From: a phage
Assembly (NCBI GenBank): GCA_027262695.1
Contig: GCA_027262695.1_4722.1
Direction: 5' to 3' (one strand)
DNA: 64,000 bases
The notes beneath the pieces were generated by a model, which was given only the letters and a program-made list of their open reading frames with translations, searched no databases and was not told where the DNA came from. This document shows positions 50,446 to 60,124 of the stretch, piece by piece (the first letter of the stretch is position 1; every line of letters starts with the position of its first letter). The position numbers and the translations under genes were made by a program.

Positions 50446-53247
50446 TTAAGCTAATTTACCGAAACCGGCTTTTTGCAGTTTCTCGTTGATGATTTTCGCT
50501 TCAGCGAAGACGTAATCGCGGTAGGCGGTCACTAACGCATCCACACGTGAACGCAAGGCTTCTTCGAAGCTATACCATGCGGCGATTTCACGAATCTGTA
50601 CGCTGATATAATCAACGGTTGTGCGAAGCTCGGTTGCGTTTTCTTGCGGGATGGCTTTCACTTGGCGAGCAACATCGCTTAAACGGCGGAACTGTGTTTC
50701 GATTTCTTTAAACTTACTGTCGGCAAGTTTGCTGAACTCATCGCCGGAACGCGTGAACAACAGATAGCTATTACCATCGAGTGCGTTAGCTAACTGCTGG
50801 AGTACATTGGTGTCCGGATACACAGGCGAACCGCTTTGCAATACTTTCTCAGCGAATTCTGCAAAGTCCTTCGGCGGTAAATGCGCAGACGTTGTCCATT
50901 CGTTGTAGCGGAAAGCCAGGGAATTATCATACAGCATCCGGTATGCTTCCATGCCCTGTTTCATGGTACCCGCTAAGTTGGCAAGACGCGGCGCAAGTTC
51001 ACCTTCTTTAGCACGTTTCTGGTCTTCTAACGCCCCTTCCAGTTCTTTGCATTGATCATTCAGATACACGATACGGTCTGGACGGAGACGACGCATTTCA
51101 CGAAGGATGGTATCCAGCTTACCTTCCTGGAAATAACCTAGCGTTAAAGACGTACACGCTTGCTGGAGGCGATCGAATACCGGTAAGGTCACCATCTCTT
51201 TACGGATACCATCAACGATCGCAGAAACAGCCGAAAGTTTCTGCTCTGTGGTTAATGGAACGTCAGAGATCGACTTGCTAGGCGCACCAACAACGCTACG
51301 CATCGCGTCGGTATCCTCGGTTTTATCAACCTCTTTACGAACGCTCTCATTCGGAACATAAACGTTTGCATTACGTTTTGCTTGCTTGATCGCATCGCTG
51401 GCCGCTTTTTCGGTGGCTGCTACGCTATCAGCACGTTTCTTCAAGAGTTCAATAATCCAGAGCAACAGACGACGAATCGCGGTATAGGCCGTTGTGATGA
51501 TAACACCGATAACAGCCATTTTCATGATACCGAACGATTCCATGGTCGGCTCTAACGCCTGGTCTGGCATATACCGTTCACGCAATTCCAGATAGATCTG
51601 TTCGTCCGGTTTACTGACCTCACCGCGATGTGAAGTACGATAAATCGCTTCATCGATCTCAACAAGATCCTTGCGGGCTTGCTGGTCTGTTTTGGACAGA
51701 TAAGCGCAGCCAGATACATCGTCTTCAAAGCTTTCGAACTTAAAGAAATCGACAACCATCTTGGCAAGCGTTTCTTTCTTCGCAGGATCGAGTGTCTTCG
51801 CATCTTCTAATTGCTTATCCGCTTTTTCCTTGAATTTCTCTTTATAGTCATTCAAGGGTTTTACCGCTCTTGCCTTCAACGCGTTATAGATAGCTTTCCA
51901 ATCATCGTCGCGTTCGAGGACAATGAAATGGTTCTTGAGTTCGAAAGCACGGTAACGGGCAACAAGCTGTTCTACCTGAACATGAGCAAGCTGTACATCC
52001 ATCAACCAACGCGACATCGCTGAAATCAAACGACTAAAAGCAAATAGCGTCTGATAAGCGAGTTTCATGTGCTTCTCGTACAGCTCTATATCACCGCTCT
52101 GGATATCGGCTGTTGGATTCATTTCTTTCGTTGCTTTGAAGACCTGCTCTGCTTCTTTCAGCGTCTTTTCGAACTTAATGTCATTAAAAGCCATGAACGG
52201 CTCAGCGAGCTCATGAATTTTATCATGAAGTTCACGAACCCAAGCTTCCTTGTTGTTGCGGATGACGCTTTCATCGCGAAGTTCGGTTTGGTGTTTCTGT
52301 ACCCATTCTTCGACGATATCAGCTGCGGCGACAACACCGATGTTTTTACCAACGAGAGGAACGATGGATTCAAGTGTGCCGCGTCGGATGCCCCATAACC
52401 GATTTACCGAGTCGTGGAACTCTCTGATTTCGGCGACATGTGGAACAATGTCTAAGAAGGTGTTCCCGTTATGGCTCATCGATGAAACCATTTCCGAGAA
52501 TTTCTGGAACTTAATGACGACCTCAGGGATCGTGTACATCAGCCATTCTGCAGTATACTTCGCTTTCTCTTTCAGATTTTTGTCAGCGATTTCCTTAAGG
52601 TTGATCGCACCACCGTATCCCGCAAGTTCGTTGTAAACGTCGTTAAGCGTCATCTGCTTATCCAGCATTTCTTTGAAACGCGGATAATCTGCACCTAACG
52701 CGTCGACGATTTCTTGGATAACGTCGTCTGTGGTAGCAATGAACTTATTTGTGCCGCCGTAATGTTTCCAGATTTTCTGTAACATCTTTTTAAAGAAGTC
52801 AAAGACGAATGTCCAGATACGCTTGATGAGTTCCCAGACTTTCTTCGCGCCATCAACAAAGAGTTTAGACACTTTGGCAACGAAGCCTTCTTGCACTAAT
52901 TCAACGCCGTTACGCGATGGAATTTCCGTGAAGAAAGCATCAGGTAATTGTTTCGGGAACGCATCACCGAGACGCATACGCAGTTCTGGAACGTCGGCAC
53001 GAGAAATCCCGCGGGTTGTTAACTGTTCGTGAAGACGAACGTTTTCTTCACCGGAAGCCACGAATTCATTAACATCGAAGGAAACCATCGCTTCCTGATC
53101 TTCGGTGGTAACGACATTGGAACCATCGCTGGTTTGGATATCTTCGTCAGGGAACGCCATGAGCATACCGTGACGCATTTCAACCACTCCGTAATCGGTG
53201 GCTAAACCGAATTCGTTGTGGTCAGGGGTAATAACTGGGATACTCAT
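50446..53247 (-). CDS. large protein related to paralogue family C
   Basis: 933 aa; LVQEGFVAKVSKLFVDGAKKVWELIKRIWTFVFDFF aligns with EGFKDTVVRALKKIWDIIVDI of 37093-38436. Confidence 0.55.
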   Translation of the reverse strand: MSIPVITPDHNEFGLATDYGVVEMRHGMLMAFPDEDIQTSDGSNVVTTEDQEAMVSFDVNEFVASGEENVRLHEQLTTRGISRADVPELRMRLGDAFPKQLPDAFFTEIPSRNGVELVQEGFVAKVSKLFVDGAKKVWELIKRIWTFVFDFFKKMLQKIWKHYGGTNKFIATTDDVIQEIVDALGADYPRFKEMLDKQMTLNDVYNELAGYGGAINLKEIADKNLKEKAKYTAEWLMYTIPEVVIKFQKFSEMVSSMSHNGNTFLDIVPHVAEIREFHDSVNRLWGIRRGTLESIVPLVGKNIGVVAAADIVEEWVQKHQTELRDESVIRNNKEAWVRELHDKIHELAEPFMAFNDIKFEKTLKEAEQVFKATKEMNPTADIQSGDIELYEKHMKLAYQTLFAFSRLISAMSRWLMDVQLAHVQVEQLVARYRAFELKNHFIVLERDDDWKAIYNALKARAVKPLNDYKEKFKEKADKQLEDAKTLDPAKKETLAKMVVDFFKFESFEDDVSGCAYLSKTDQQARKDLVEIDEAIYRTSHRGEVSKPDEQIYLELRERYMPDQALEPTMESFGIMKMAVIGVIITTAYTAIRRLLLWIIELLKKRADSVAATEKAASDAIKQAKRNANVYVPNESVRKEVDKTEDTDAMRSVVGAPSKSISDVPLTTEQKLSAVSAIVDGIRKEMVTLPVFDRLQQACTSLTLGYFQEGKLDTILREMRRLRPDRIVYLNDQCKELEGALEDQKRAKEGELAPRLANLAGTMKQGMEAYRMLYDNSLAFRYNEWTTSAHLPPKDFAEFAEKVLQSGSPVYPDTNVLQQLANALDGNSYLLFTRSGDEFSKLADSKFKEIETQFRRLSDVARQVKAIPQENATELRTTVDYISVQIREIAAWYSFEEALRSRVDALVTAYRDYVFAEAKIINEKLQKAGFGKLA

Positions 53248-53684
53248 GCATCTTCTCCTTGCAGCGCGTTAGCGAAAGCCGTTGCGAGCTGCGCAACCAG
53301 TTTCGGATCAACGCCTTCTATAACGTCAGGCAGCCCTGCGGTTTCTTGGTCACGAACAGCGGAAGCTAATAACAGCATGGTTTCAGGTGCTGTCGGCTCG
53401 TGTACCATGCGGTAACGCAAGCACCAGAAGTAGCGAGCGACGTCTAACGCATCAGCCAGTCCAATAACCAGCACCTTGTTCAGTTTGTCCAACCCTTCAC
53501 GGATTTTAGGAAGGTGTTCACGCACGAAGATGCTGTCCGCAGTCAGATCTTCCTTTTCAGCGAATACCGGCATGCTGTAACCAGCGACGTATCCAGCAGC
53601 AATACTTAACGCACGGGTTTGTTGTTCAGCTGGGAAATCACGTACCAGGTCTTTCAGTTGAACAGCGAAATCAGAAATATTCAT
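53244..53684 (-). CDS. hypothetical protein
   Basis: 146 aa ORF; ATGA overlap with the downstream gene. Confidence 0.55.
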   Translation of the reverse strand: MNISDFAVQLKDLVRDFPAEQQTRALSIAAGYVAGYSMPVFAEKEDLTADSIFVREHLPKIREGLDKLNKVLVIGLADALDVARYFWCLRYRMVHEPTAPETMLLLASAVRDQETAGLPDVIEGVDPKLVAQLATAFANALQGEDA

Positions 53685-53717
53685 GTTAAATTCCTTTATA
53701 GTAGAAGGTGAATTAGG

Positions 53718-55028
53718 TTACGCGATGATGGAGTCGAGTTTCGCTGACGCTTTGAACAGATCGTTGTTCATTGTTGAAGAAAGGACTTGCTGAATCTCTT
53801 CCTGTTTAACGGCTTTACGAACCCCAGGACGAAGGATAAGCGTAACCATCTGCGAGAAGGTACGATTATTGTTCATCACACTCAGTGTTTCATCGATTGT
53901 TTTGATGGTATCCAACGTCATGGAACGAACATCGCTTGGGATATCACGATCTTTCAGGCGTATGATTAAATCTTGTTTGATTTTACGGAATCGTTCCATG
54001 TCGTTATCGTAAATGTTGTATGTTGGATCTAACCAAACCGAAAGCGCGGTTACCGCTACAACAACTAACACGCCGATAGCACCAACAGAAGCTAAACCTA
54101 TCGCCATCATGGAGACGATAGTAGCATCCATGATGAAGGAGAGCCAGAACATCGTTTTGGACTTCATGGAGTTGGTACCATAAAGTCGAAACATTTTAGC
54201 AAGCCCGCTAACGAGATACTCCCCACCACCATGACGCGTAGCGAACTGATCAGCCATGAATTCGGAAGCAACGTCGGTATAGCGTCCAGCGTTGTTGACA
54301 TTTCTTAACTGCATCGCTTTGTTAGAAACATAAACCGTGTACCAGACATTACCATCGTCTGAATCGCTGATTTTGTTTACGTCGACGTTAGTATCCAGCG
54401 TTTTGTTTAACGCCTTAGCCAGTTCAATACGTTTTACCTTATCGGTTGTCCCTAGCAGTTCACGCTGTACAGTCATGATTGAGGCTTCAACACGAACCGT
54501 TTCCGATAATGTTTCAAGGAAAGTAAATGCGTGCCCGATTTCATGCAGCATTATGGCCGCTTTTTCTTCCGGAATAAATGGTTCTGTCGCTGTTAGCAAT
54601 TCATACGTGATGGCGGAACGAATCTTCAATTCCTCAAAGATACCGTAAACACGACCTTTTTCTAAATCGACATAACCGACAGGCGTATCTTTAATCTTCT
54701 TAAGGAGTGTGACACCATCGGCACCGCGCATCCATAATCGATGATAGTCTGCCATGATCGTGTTGTTTGTCGAAATATCCGGCGGGTACACGTAGGCGTT
54801 CATCTGGCCCATTTTCACATCAACCGAAAATTCGATGTTCAACCCTGTATAGCGTTTAACCATCTCGGTTAAATGACCGTCCTTGAAAACGTTTAAAACC
54901 TCTTTTTTATCCAGTCCTTGTTTGCTTCTGAAGAACTCGGTCATTTCCTTGAACAAAGAACCATCCTGGAATTTGATGGCCTCCATCGTTAACTCGTCAT
55001 GACCATACACACGTTGTAGTAATGACAT
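53718..55028 (-). CDS. membrane-anchored zinc metallopeptidase (HExxH, M48/HtpX-like architecture)
   Basis: 436 aa; HEIGH zinc-binding motif in MLHEIGHAF; hydrophobic transmembrane block WLSFIMDATIVSMMAIGLASVGAIGVLVVVAVTALSVWL. Confidence 0.5.
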   Translation of the reverse strand: MSLLQRVYGHDELTMEAIKFQDGSLFKEMTEFFRSKQGLDKKEVLNVFKDGHLTEMVKRYTGLNIEFSVDVKMGQMNAYVYPPDISTNNTIMADYHRLWMRGADGVTLLKKIKDTPVGYVDLEKGRVYGIFEELKIRSAITYELLTATEPFIPEEKAAIMLHEIGHAFTFLETLSETVRVEASIMTVQRELLGTTDKVKRIELAKALNKTLDTNVDVNKISDSDDGNVWYTVYVSNKAMQLRNVNNAGRYTDVASEFMADQFATRHGGGEYLVSGLAKMFRLYGTNSMKSKTMFWLSFIMDATIVSMMAIGLASVGAIGVLVVVAVTALSVWLDPTYNIYDNDMERFRKIKQDLIIRLKDRDIPSDVRSMTLDTIKTIDETLSVMNNNRTFSQMVTLILRPGVRKAVKQEEIQQVLSSTMNNDLFKASAKLDSIIA

Positions 55029-55210
55029 TTTACACTCTCTAAATTTACGTAAATTTAAGGGTTGGTTAAAAGCAGGTTGGCTGGCCTCGCCAATCTGTCA
55101 CAGCCGTTGTGCTGCAACGGCATTCATAGAAATACCTTCGGTTAAAAACAACAGAACGTGAGGATGATATAGAAATTCACCTTCTAACCTTTATTAGAGT
55201 CTATCACGTT
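55029..55210. promoter_or_regulatory. divergent intergenic region containing a hairpin
   Basis: 182 bp between divergent genes; inverted repeat gccgttg-tgctg-caacggc near 55102-55120; no promoter consensus assigned. Confidence 0.3.
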
Positions 55211-56710
55211 ATGAGCGAACAAGAACAAAAACTCAAGAAGAAACTGCTCGGTATTCAATGTCGACACATCAGTTATAACGAAGCCAACGACGGCAGTAAG
55301 AACGATCTCATGATTGCAAAAGAGATCATGTTCTTCGATGACAACACACAAGCCACCAACCTGCGGTTCTTTGAAAACCACAAACGTCCGTTTTGGGTTA
55401 CAGTTGAAAGCAAACGTAAGAACAAATATAAAAAGGAAAGCGAGAAGCTCTCAAACGTACGTCGTTATGAGGTACGCCAAAGCGAACTGGTTGAGAAAAT
55501 CAGTTCGGTGCTTTATAAACGACGTGCTGACGATAACACCCGTTTACAACAGCTTGCGCGGAGTCCTTACCTCTATGGAACGGACGTTAGCGCCAGCTGC
55601 TATTTAAAAACCCAGTACAATACAAAATGGCCGGAATACGTTGATAAACTGCCTGCTTCTATCGCATGTTTCGATATCGAAACCGACGTTGTCCACGGGC
55701 ACGGTAAGATCGTTTGTATGTCTATTACAATGGGCTACAACGCGATTCTTTGTTACACCCAGGACTTCGTTGGTCATATTCCGAATGCGATTGAGAAAAC
55801 CCGTGAGAAGATTCGTTATTACCTGGCCGACCGTTTAAACACCAAAGAGGATCCTCACGCCTTTGAAAAATACCATTACGATATTCGCATTGTAGAAAGC
55901 CCTGCGCAAGCGGTGATTCAATGCATGCAGAAGGTGCACGAATGGCAGCCGGATTATCTCCTTGGCTGGAACATCGCGTTCGATATTCCGCGTATGCTCC
56001 AGGCATTGCAGGACGAAGGTTATCGTCCCGAGGATGTTTTCTCCGATCCTCGCGTACCACCGAAATACCGTTTAGCACGTTGGGTACCCCCGAAAACCGA
56101 CAAGGTATCGGCGTCAGGTCGTAAAACCAACCTGACGCTTGAACAGACCTGGCCGATGTTTTATACGATGGCCACCTATCAAGTCATGGATGCCATGTGT
56201 GGTTATAAGTTCGTTCGTTTAGGAAGACCGGATGAAGGACGCTACTCACTCGATGCGGTGTTAGAGCGTAATAAATGCCATACGAAATTAAAAGCAATTC
56301 CTGGTACAGAAGGGTTCACAGAGCTCGCCTGGCACGAAGAGATGCAAACGAACCATCAAATCGACTACGGCGTATATAACCTTTGGGATAACCAAGGTAT
56401 TGAGGCGTTGGACCAGAAAACAAAAGACTATTCGATGACCATCCCGATTCGTTTAGCGGCGTCGGATTTGAAAGATTTCAGTTCCAACCCTAAACGTATC
56501 TGCGATAAACTTTTCTTCGTTTATCTTAACCGTGGGGAAGTCATGGGATGCACCGCCGACGACATGACCCAGGAAGAAGATAAATGGGTTATCTCACGAG
56601 CAGGACATATCGTCACATTACCGTGCGATCTCATGGCGGACAACGGCATTCATCTCTTCTGGGATATGCCGAATCTAAGAAGCTATATTCGATTATTTGT
56701 TGCGGATTGA
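55211..56710 (+). CDS. family-B-DNA-polymerase-type 3'-5' exonuclease domain protein (exon 1, split polymerase candidate)
   Basis: 499 aa; Exo I CFDIETD, Exo II LLGWNIAFDIPRM, Exo III YGVYNLWD; no polymerase motifs A/B/C present; the 3' end may include intron-derived sequence. Confidence 0.6.
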   Translation: MSEQEQKLKKKLLGIQCRHISYNEANDGSKNDLMIAKEIMFFDDNTQATNLRFFENHKRPFWVTVESKRKNKYKKESEKLSNVRRYEVRQSELVEKISSVLYKRRADDNTRLQQLARSPYLYGTDVSASCYLKTQYNTKWPEYVDKLPASIACFDIETDVVHGHGKIVCMSITMGYNAILCYTQDFVGHIPNAIEKTREKIRYYLADRLNTKEDPHAFEKYHYDIRIVESPAQAVIQCMQKVHEWQPDYLLGWNIAFDIPRMLQALQDEGYRPEDVFSDPRVPPKYRLARWVPPKTDKVSASGRKTNLTLEQTWPMFYTMATYQVMDAMCGYKFVRLGRPDEGRYSLDAVLERNKCHTKLKAIPGTEGFTELAWHEEMQTNHQIDYGVYNLWDNQGIEALDQKTKDYSMTIPIRLAASDLKDFSSNPKRICDKLFFVYLNRGEVMGCTADDMTQEEDKWVISRAGHIVTLPCDLMADNGIHLFWDMPNLRSYIRLFVAD

Positions 56711-56777
56711 GAAAGAAGTCGGTTAAGTTTTACTTCCTTATTCGATATGTATGATACTAAACGAGTAAGGAGTTGAT

Positions 56778-57884
56778 ATGTCTAGTAGTTACGAGTATCC
56801 AAATATTACTGAATGTGTAATTTCTGAAGAAGGTATCTTCGACCTTGATATGAAACCGTTACCGCTTATCGTGGAAGACGGGATTTCATACGTCAAGCTT
56901 GACTGGTATCGCGGTCCTGGATTGTACGATGCGGGTCTTGTTGTAATGCGTAAGTTACACGCTATCAACATATACGAAGACCTGTTAGATGAAGCACATT
57001 CGCTGTATATCGATGGAAACCCGGAAAACATCAAACGTGATAACCTGCTTTATCGTTTTAAGAACGGTAAGTTGGAACATAAGGGTTACCCAGGCTATTA
57101 CTACGTCCCGTTCTTTACACATTACGTGATAAATGAACAAGGCGAAGTGATCAGTCTATTAACGGGTCAGAAGAAATCGTGGACACGATCAAAAGGAGAT
57201 CCAAAGCGAAACAAACGCGCAGGGTATCTCTATCAACGTGTCGTTAACGACAACGGCTTCACAGCCCAGATGTTTCAACACCGTGCGATGGGTTACGTGT
57301 TCTTGGAATACGGTGCCGATGTGATGACTAAGATCATCAATCACAAGAACGGCATCAAATGGGATAACCGTCCCGGCAACATTGAATGGACAACCTATTC
57401 CGAGAACAACAAGCATGCGGTTGATAGCGGTCTTCGTACCGAAGGCTTGCATCCCGTTAAGGTTAAGGATTACAACACCGGTGAAATCAGGGTATTCCCA
57501 ACGATCGCTGCGTGCTGTGCTGCTTACCCTTGCTTGGAACGTAAACGTGTTTGGTATTGGATGACGCGTAAAACGAAATTCATGCCAGCCTGCAATCTGT
57601 ATTTCAAAGAAGTCGATGATGATACACCATGGCCAGAATGGCAGATTGGACAGCACCGCCGTCTTCAGGAATACGATATGGGCCAGCCTATCGCTGCTAT
57701 CGATAAACAAACCGGTAAACGTTATGTGTTCGCATCAGTCGCTCATGCACAACGAGAGACAGGTGTTTCTAACGTGACTATCACGAAGTACTGTCGTAAC
57801 AGACTCACAGAAGGTCGTTCCCCATTCATCTTCCGTTATTTCGAAGATGTCGGCTCGATGCCTGTAGGTCTTAACGACGCTTAA
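56778..57884 (+). CDS. HNH homing endonuclease (HNH_3 type), intron-encoded
   Basis: 368 aa; strong taaggag SD; catalytic motif INHKNGIKWDNRPGNIEWTTYSENNKH; located 5' of the group I ribozyme core. Confidence 0.75.
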   Translation: MSSSYEYPNITECVISEEGIFDLDMKPLPLIVEDGISYVKLDWYRGPGLYDAGLVVMRKLHAINIYEDLLDEAHSLYIDGNPENIKRDNLLYRFKNGKLEHKGYPGYYYVPFFTHYVINEQGEVISLLTGQKKSWTRSKGDPKRNKRAGYLYQRVVNDNGFTAQMFQHRAMGYVFLEYGADVMTKIINHKNGIKWDNRPGNIEWTTYSENNKHAVDSGLRTEGLHPVKVKDYNTGEIRVFPTIAACCAAYPCLERKRVWYWMTRKTKFMPACNLYFKEVDDDTPWPEWQIGQHRRLQEYDMGQPIAAIDKQTGKRYVFASVAHAQRETGVSNVTITKYCRNRLTEGRSPFIFRYFEDVGSMPVGLNDA

Positions 57885-57889
57885 CCGAT

Positions 57890-58240
57890 TTTAGGTCCCG
57901 GTGGGGATAACGCCCCCACCGGTTTCCCGTTAATTGCTGGAACCCCCTAAAGCCTTTCGACCACAGCGGATTCTGAAAAGAAAGACGTTACGGTTAGAAA
58001 ACAGAAAGGATGTTCGTAAGGAAACGATAAATGGGCAATCAGCAGCGAAGCTTCTAAGGGCATGCATAAGCAATAAGACCTAAGAAGAACGTTCAACGAC
58101 TATCCGGTCGCGCGGAGTAAGGGACAAGCGTCCTCAAACACGGGAGGGGTGCGAAAGCATTCCATGATATAGTCTGCTCCTAAGTGAAAGCTTAGGCGGG
58201 TGGAACACACCGGCATAAGAGTTGCGTCTTATGTGGACAA
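57890..58240 (+). ncRNA. group I intron catalytic core (IA-like)
   Basis: P2-like hairpin ccggtgggg-ataacg-ccccaccgg (57898-57921); P aattgctggaa (57932-57942); Q aatcagcagc (58037-58046); R gttcaacgacta (58091-58102); S gatatagtc (58166-58174); P9-like hairpin cctaag-tgaaag-cttagg. Confidence 0.65.
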
Positions 58241-58282
58241 TGGCTTGACATCTCATCATCCTACCCTAACGGGCAGATCCTT

Positions 58283-58498
58283 TTGAATCTATCCAGAGCG
58301 TGCGTATTTCGTGAGCTTTCACGGATTGAGGGCGTCTCTGATTATCAATTCAGGAAGCTGGGTATTAACTTCATCACGGGCGGTAAAACGAATGCGGTTG
58401 ACTTCTGCCGAATCGTTCACAAAGCCCCGTCGATGTTCGAACTGTTAGCGCATTTTGACGCAACACGTCCGAAGGAAGCGCCAAAGACCCTTGATTGA
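58283..58498 (+). CDS. candidate 3' exon of the intron-interrupted exonuclease gene
   Basis: The frame is open from 58196 (TAG at 58193-58195 lies inside the intron P9 stem) to the stop at 58498; the track start is TTG; same frame as exon 1 given an intron length divisible by 3; about 75-100 codons. Confidence 0.35.
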   Translation: MNLSRACVFRELSRIEGVSDYQFRKLGINFITGGKTNAVDFCRIVHKAPSMFELLAHFDATRPKEAPKTLD

Positions 58499-58536
58499 AT
58501 TGAAACATTCAAAAAAAAAAAGAAACGCATGCGAAG

Positions 58537-58568
58537 CCCCTCCCCTGGCGGAAGCCGGAGGGAGGGGT
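58537..58568. terminator. conserved GC-rich hairpin (family copy 10) flanked by an A-tract and T-runs
   Basis: cccctccc-ctggcggaagccgga-gggagggg; A11 at 58511-58521 and gttttatgcgttttatgc downstream; between convergent genes. Confidence 0.65.
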
Positions 58569-58584
58569 GGAGGTTTTATGCGTT

Positions 58585-59070
58585 TTATGCGCGTTCGCTG
58601 CTAACCATGACTTTATAATCAGCGTCGGTTAAGAAGATAGACAGGAATCCATGTTCTTTGCAAAGCTCACTAAGGACCTCGGTAATGATTTCATTGATCA
58701 ATGGTTTATTTGCGAGAGCGTAGATATACCCATCAGTAAAAGAAAGGGCATGTTTAATCATCGGCTCATGAGACACCAGGACAAGGATCACATGGTGTTG
58801 ACCATCATCGGTAACGACCGCTTGCGTCGACACAAAGAAACCAGTGAAGCCGCATTGGTAACTGGCTTTAGGGATATATAAATCACCTAAAGCTTCGTCA
58901 CGCGCTTTCATGTGGGTTTCAGGCGTGATGCTACTAAGCTGATCTTCGGCGATATCCAGAGTCTCTTCAACGGTTTTCAGAATGGCTTCTTTGAAATCCT
59001 TGCGGTAGACCTGGATAATTTCACGGTCGTTGATGTAATCGCCGGATTCGATGGTAAAGTTCAAGTTCAT
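58585..59070 (-). CDS. small protein, tandem paralogue family D
   Basis: 161 aa; N-terminus MNLNFTIES... resembles the family D N-termini. Confidence 0.5.
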   Translation of the reverse strand: MNLNFTIESGDYINDREIIQVYRKDFKEAILKTVEETLDIAEDQLSSITPETHMKARDEALGDLYIPKASYQCGFTGFFVSTQAVVTDDGQHHVILVLVSHEPMIKHALSFTDGYIYALANKPLINEIITEVLSELCKEHGFLSIFLTDADYKVMVSSERA

Positions 59071-59122
59071 TTTTAAAACTCCTGATTTATGTGTCGATTG
59101 ATTGACGTATTGATTTATGTTT

Positions 59123-59141
59123 GAAGGTGTTGTTCACCTTC
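59123..59141 (-). terminator. hairpin 2 nt downstream of the stop of the 59143-59601 gene
   Basis: gaaggtg-ttgtt-caccttc. Confidence 0.35.
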
Positions 59142-59142
59142 G

Positions 59143-59601
59143 TTAGATATCATCCGGTGTATATTCGATGTTGTAAACGACGTAACGGTCTGACGCATGA
59201 ACGACGAGCTCGACGGGGAAATCATAATGCTTGGTTTTGTCTCGAACATGCTGGGTAAAGAGATCCGTATAACGGATTAAGTCTTCCACGGTATACTCAG
59301 AAGGGAAGAAGACATCGATGGTTATTGACTTTTCATAGAGGCGTATGACCAGCTTATCCAGAAGGTTGGCATATTGGTTACACGGGGCGACGTCCAGAAG
59401 ACAGAAATCACCGTCTTCTGCGTCTCGTGGTATCCACATCGTGGTATCTTGTAACGACGTTTCAAGGATCTCGAAAATGCAGTCTGCTGTAAGTCTTAGT
59501 TTATCTGTTATTTCACGGTTAGGTGAATAATGGTCACGAATGCTTTTCACTGCGTCTTTGATGGAGAAAGTCATCGTTGATGTTCCTTTAAAAGATATCA
59601 A
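59143..59601 (-). CDS. small protein, tandem paralogue family D
   Basis: 152 aa; MTFSIKDAVKSI...FEILETSLQD aligns with SVKSIAEAA...FDYLESSLQD of the next gene. Confidence 0.55.
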   Translation of the reverse strand: MISFKGTSTMTFSIKDAVKSIRDHYSPNREITDKLRLTADCIFEILETSLQDTTMWIPRDAEDGDFCLLDVAPCNQYANLLDKLVIRLYEKSITIDVFFPSEYTVEDLIRYTDLFTQHVRDKTKHYDFPVELVVHASDRYVVYNIEYTPDDI

Positions 59602-60124
59602 GCCATGAGGATGGGGAAACCAGTTCGCTTGTAAAACATTGCGTACCGTCGGTATTTACCGCATGGGTAAGTTTATAAGCCTTAACGGCCGGTTTACTGC
59701 CGATGGTGAGGACGGTTGTCATGTCGAGCCATTCGGCACGATGGAGAAATGCCATATCAGCCACCTTCTGTAGACCATTTGCTTCAAAATCGATACGGTC
59801 GTTAAGCGGCATCAATCGGATTTCAATACGTTCTTTGAAGAGTTGAAACGTTACTGAAAACTCATGCGGTTTGGCATTAAGACATAAAGGCCCTTGATGG
59901 AAGTGTTGGTATGCTTCATTCTTGTTATGCTCGAAAACCCAGCAGTTGTGGACAAGAGAAGCGTCTTGTAACGAGGATTCCAGGTAGTCAAATACCTTGT
60001 TTATTGTTTGCTCGAGCAGAGACGCTAATGAATCTGGATATCCAGCAAATGCTGCTTCGGCGATCGATTTTACTGAAATGGTATTGTTCTGGTTCATCTC
60101 TTTATTCCTTGTCGGATTCGTCAA
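59588..60124 (-). CDS. small protein, tandem paralogue family D
   Basis: 178 aa; shares the SLQD-containing N-terminal helix. Confidence 0.55.
   Translation of the reverse strand: MTNPTRNKEMNQNNTISVKSIAEAAFAGYPDSLASLLEQTINKVFDYLESSLQDASLVHNCWVFEHNKNEAYQHFHQGPLCLNAKPHEFSVTFQLFKERIEIRLMPLNDRIDFEANGLQKVADMAFLHRAEWLDMTTVLTIGSKPAVKAYKLTHAVNTDGTQCFTSELVSPSSWLDIF

Larger units (their letters stand above)
56711..58260 (+). mobile_element. group I intron carrying an HNH homing endonuclease gene (boundaries approximate)
   Basis: endonuclease ORF 56778-57884 followed by the ribozyme core with P, Q, R and S elements; splice sites not determined. Confidence 0.55.

Noticed and set aside
58283-58498. Treating 58283-58498 as an independent 71 aa gene
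   Set aside because: Its apparent start is TTG with no SD, and the frame is open upstream into the intron 3' region, so it is more consistent with a downstream exon; splicing is not demonstrated.
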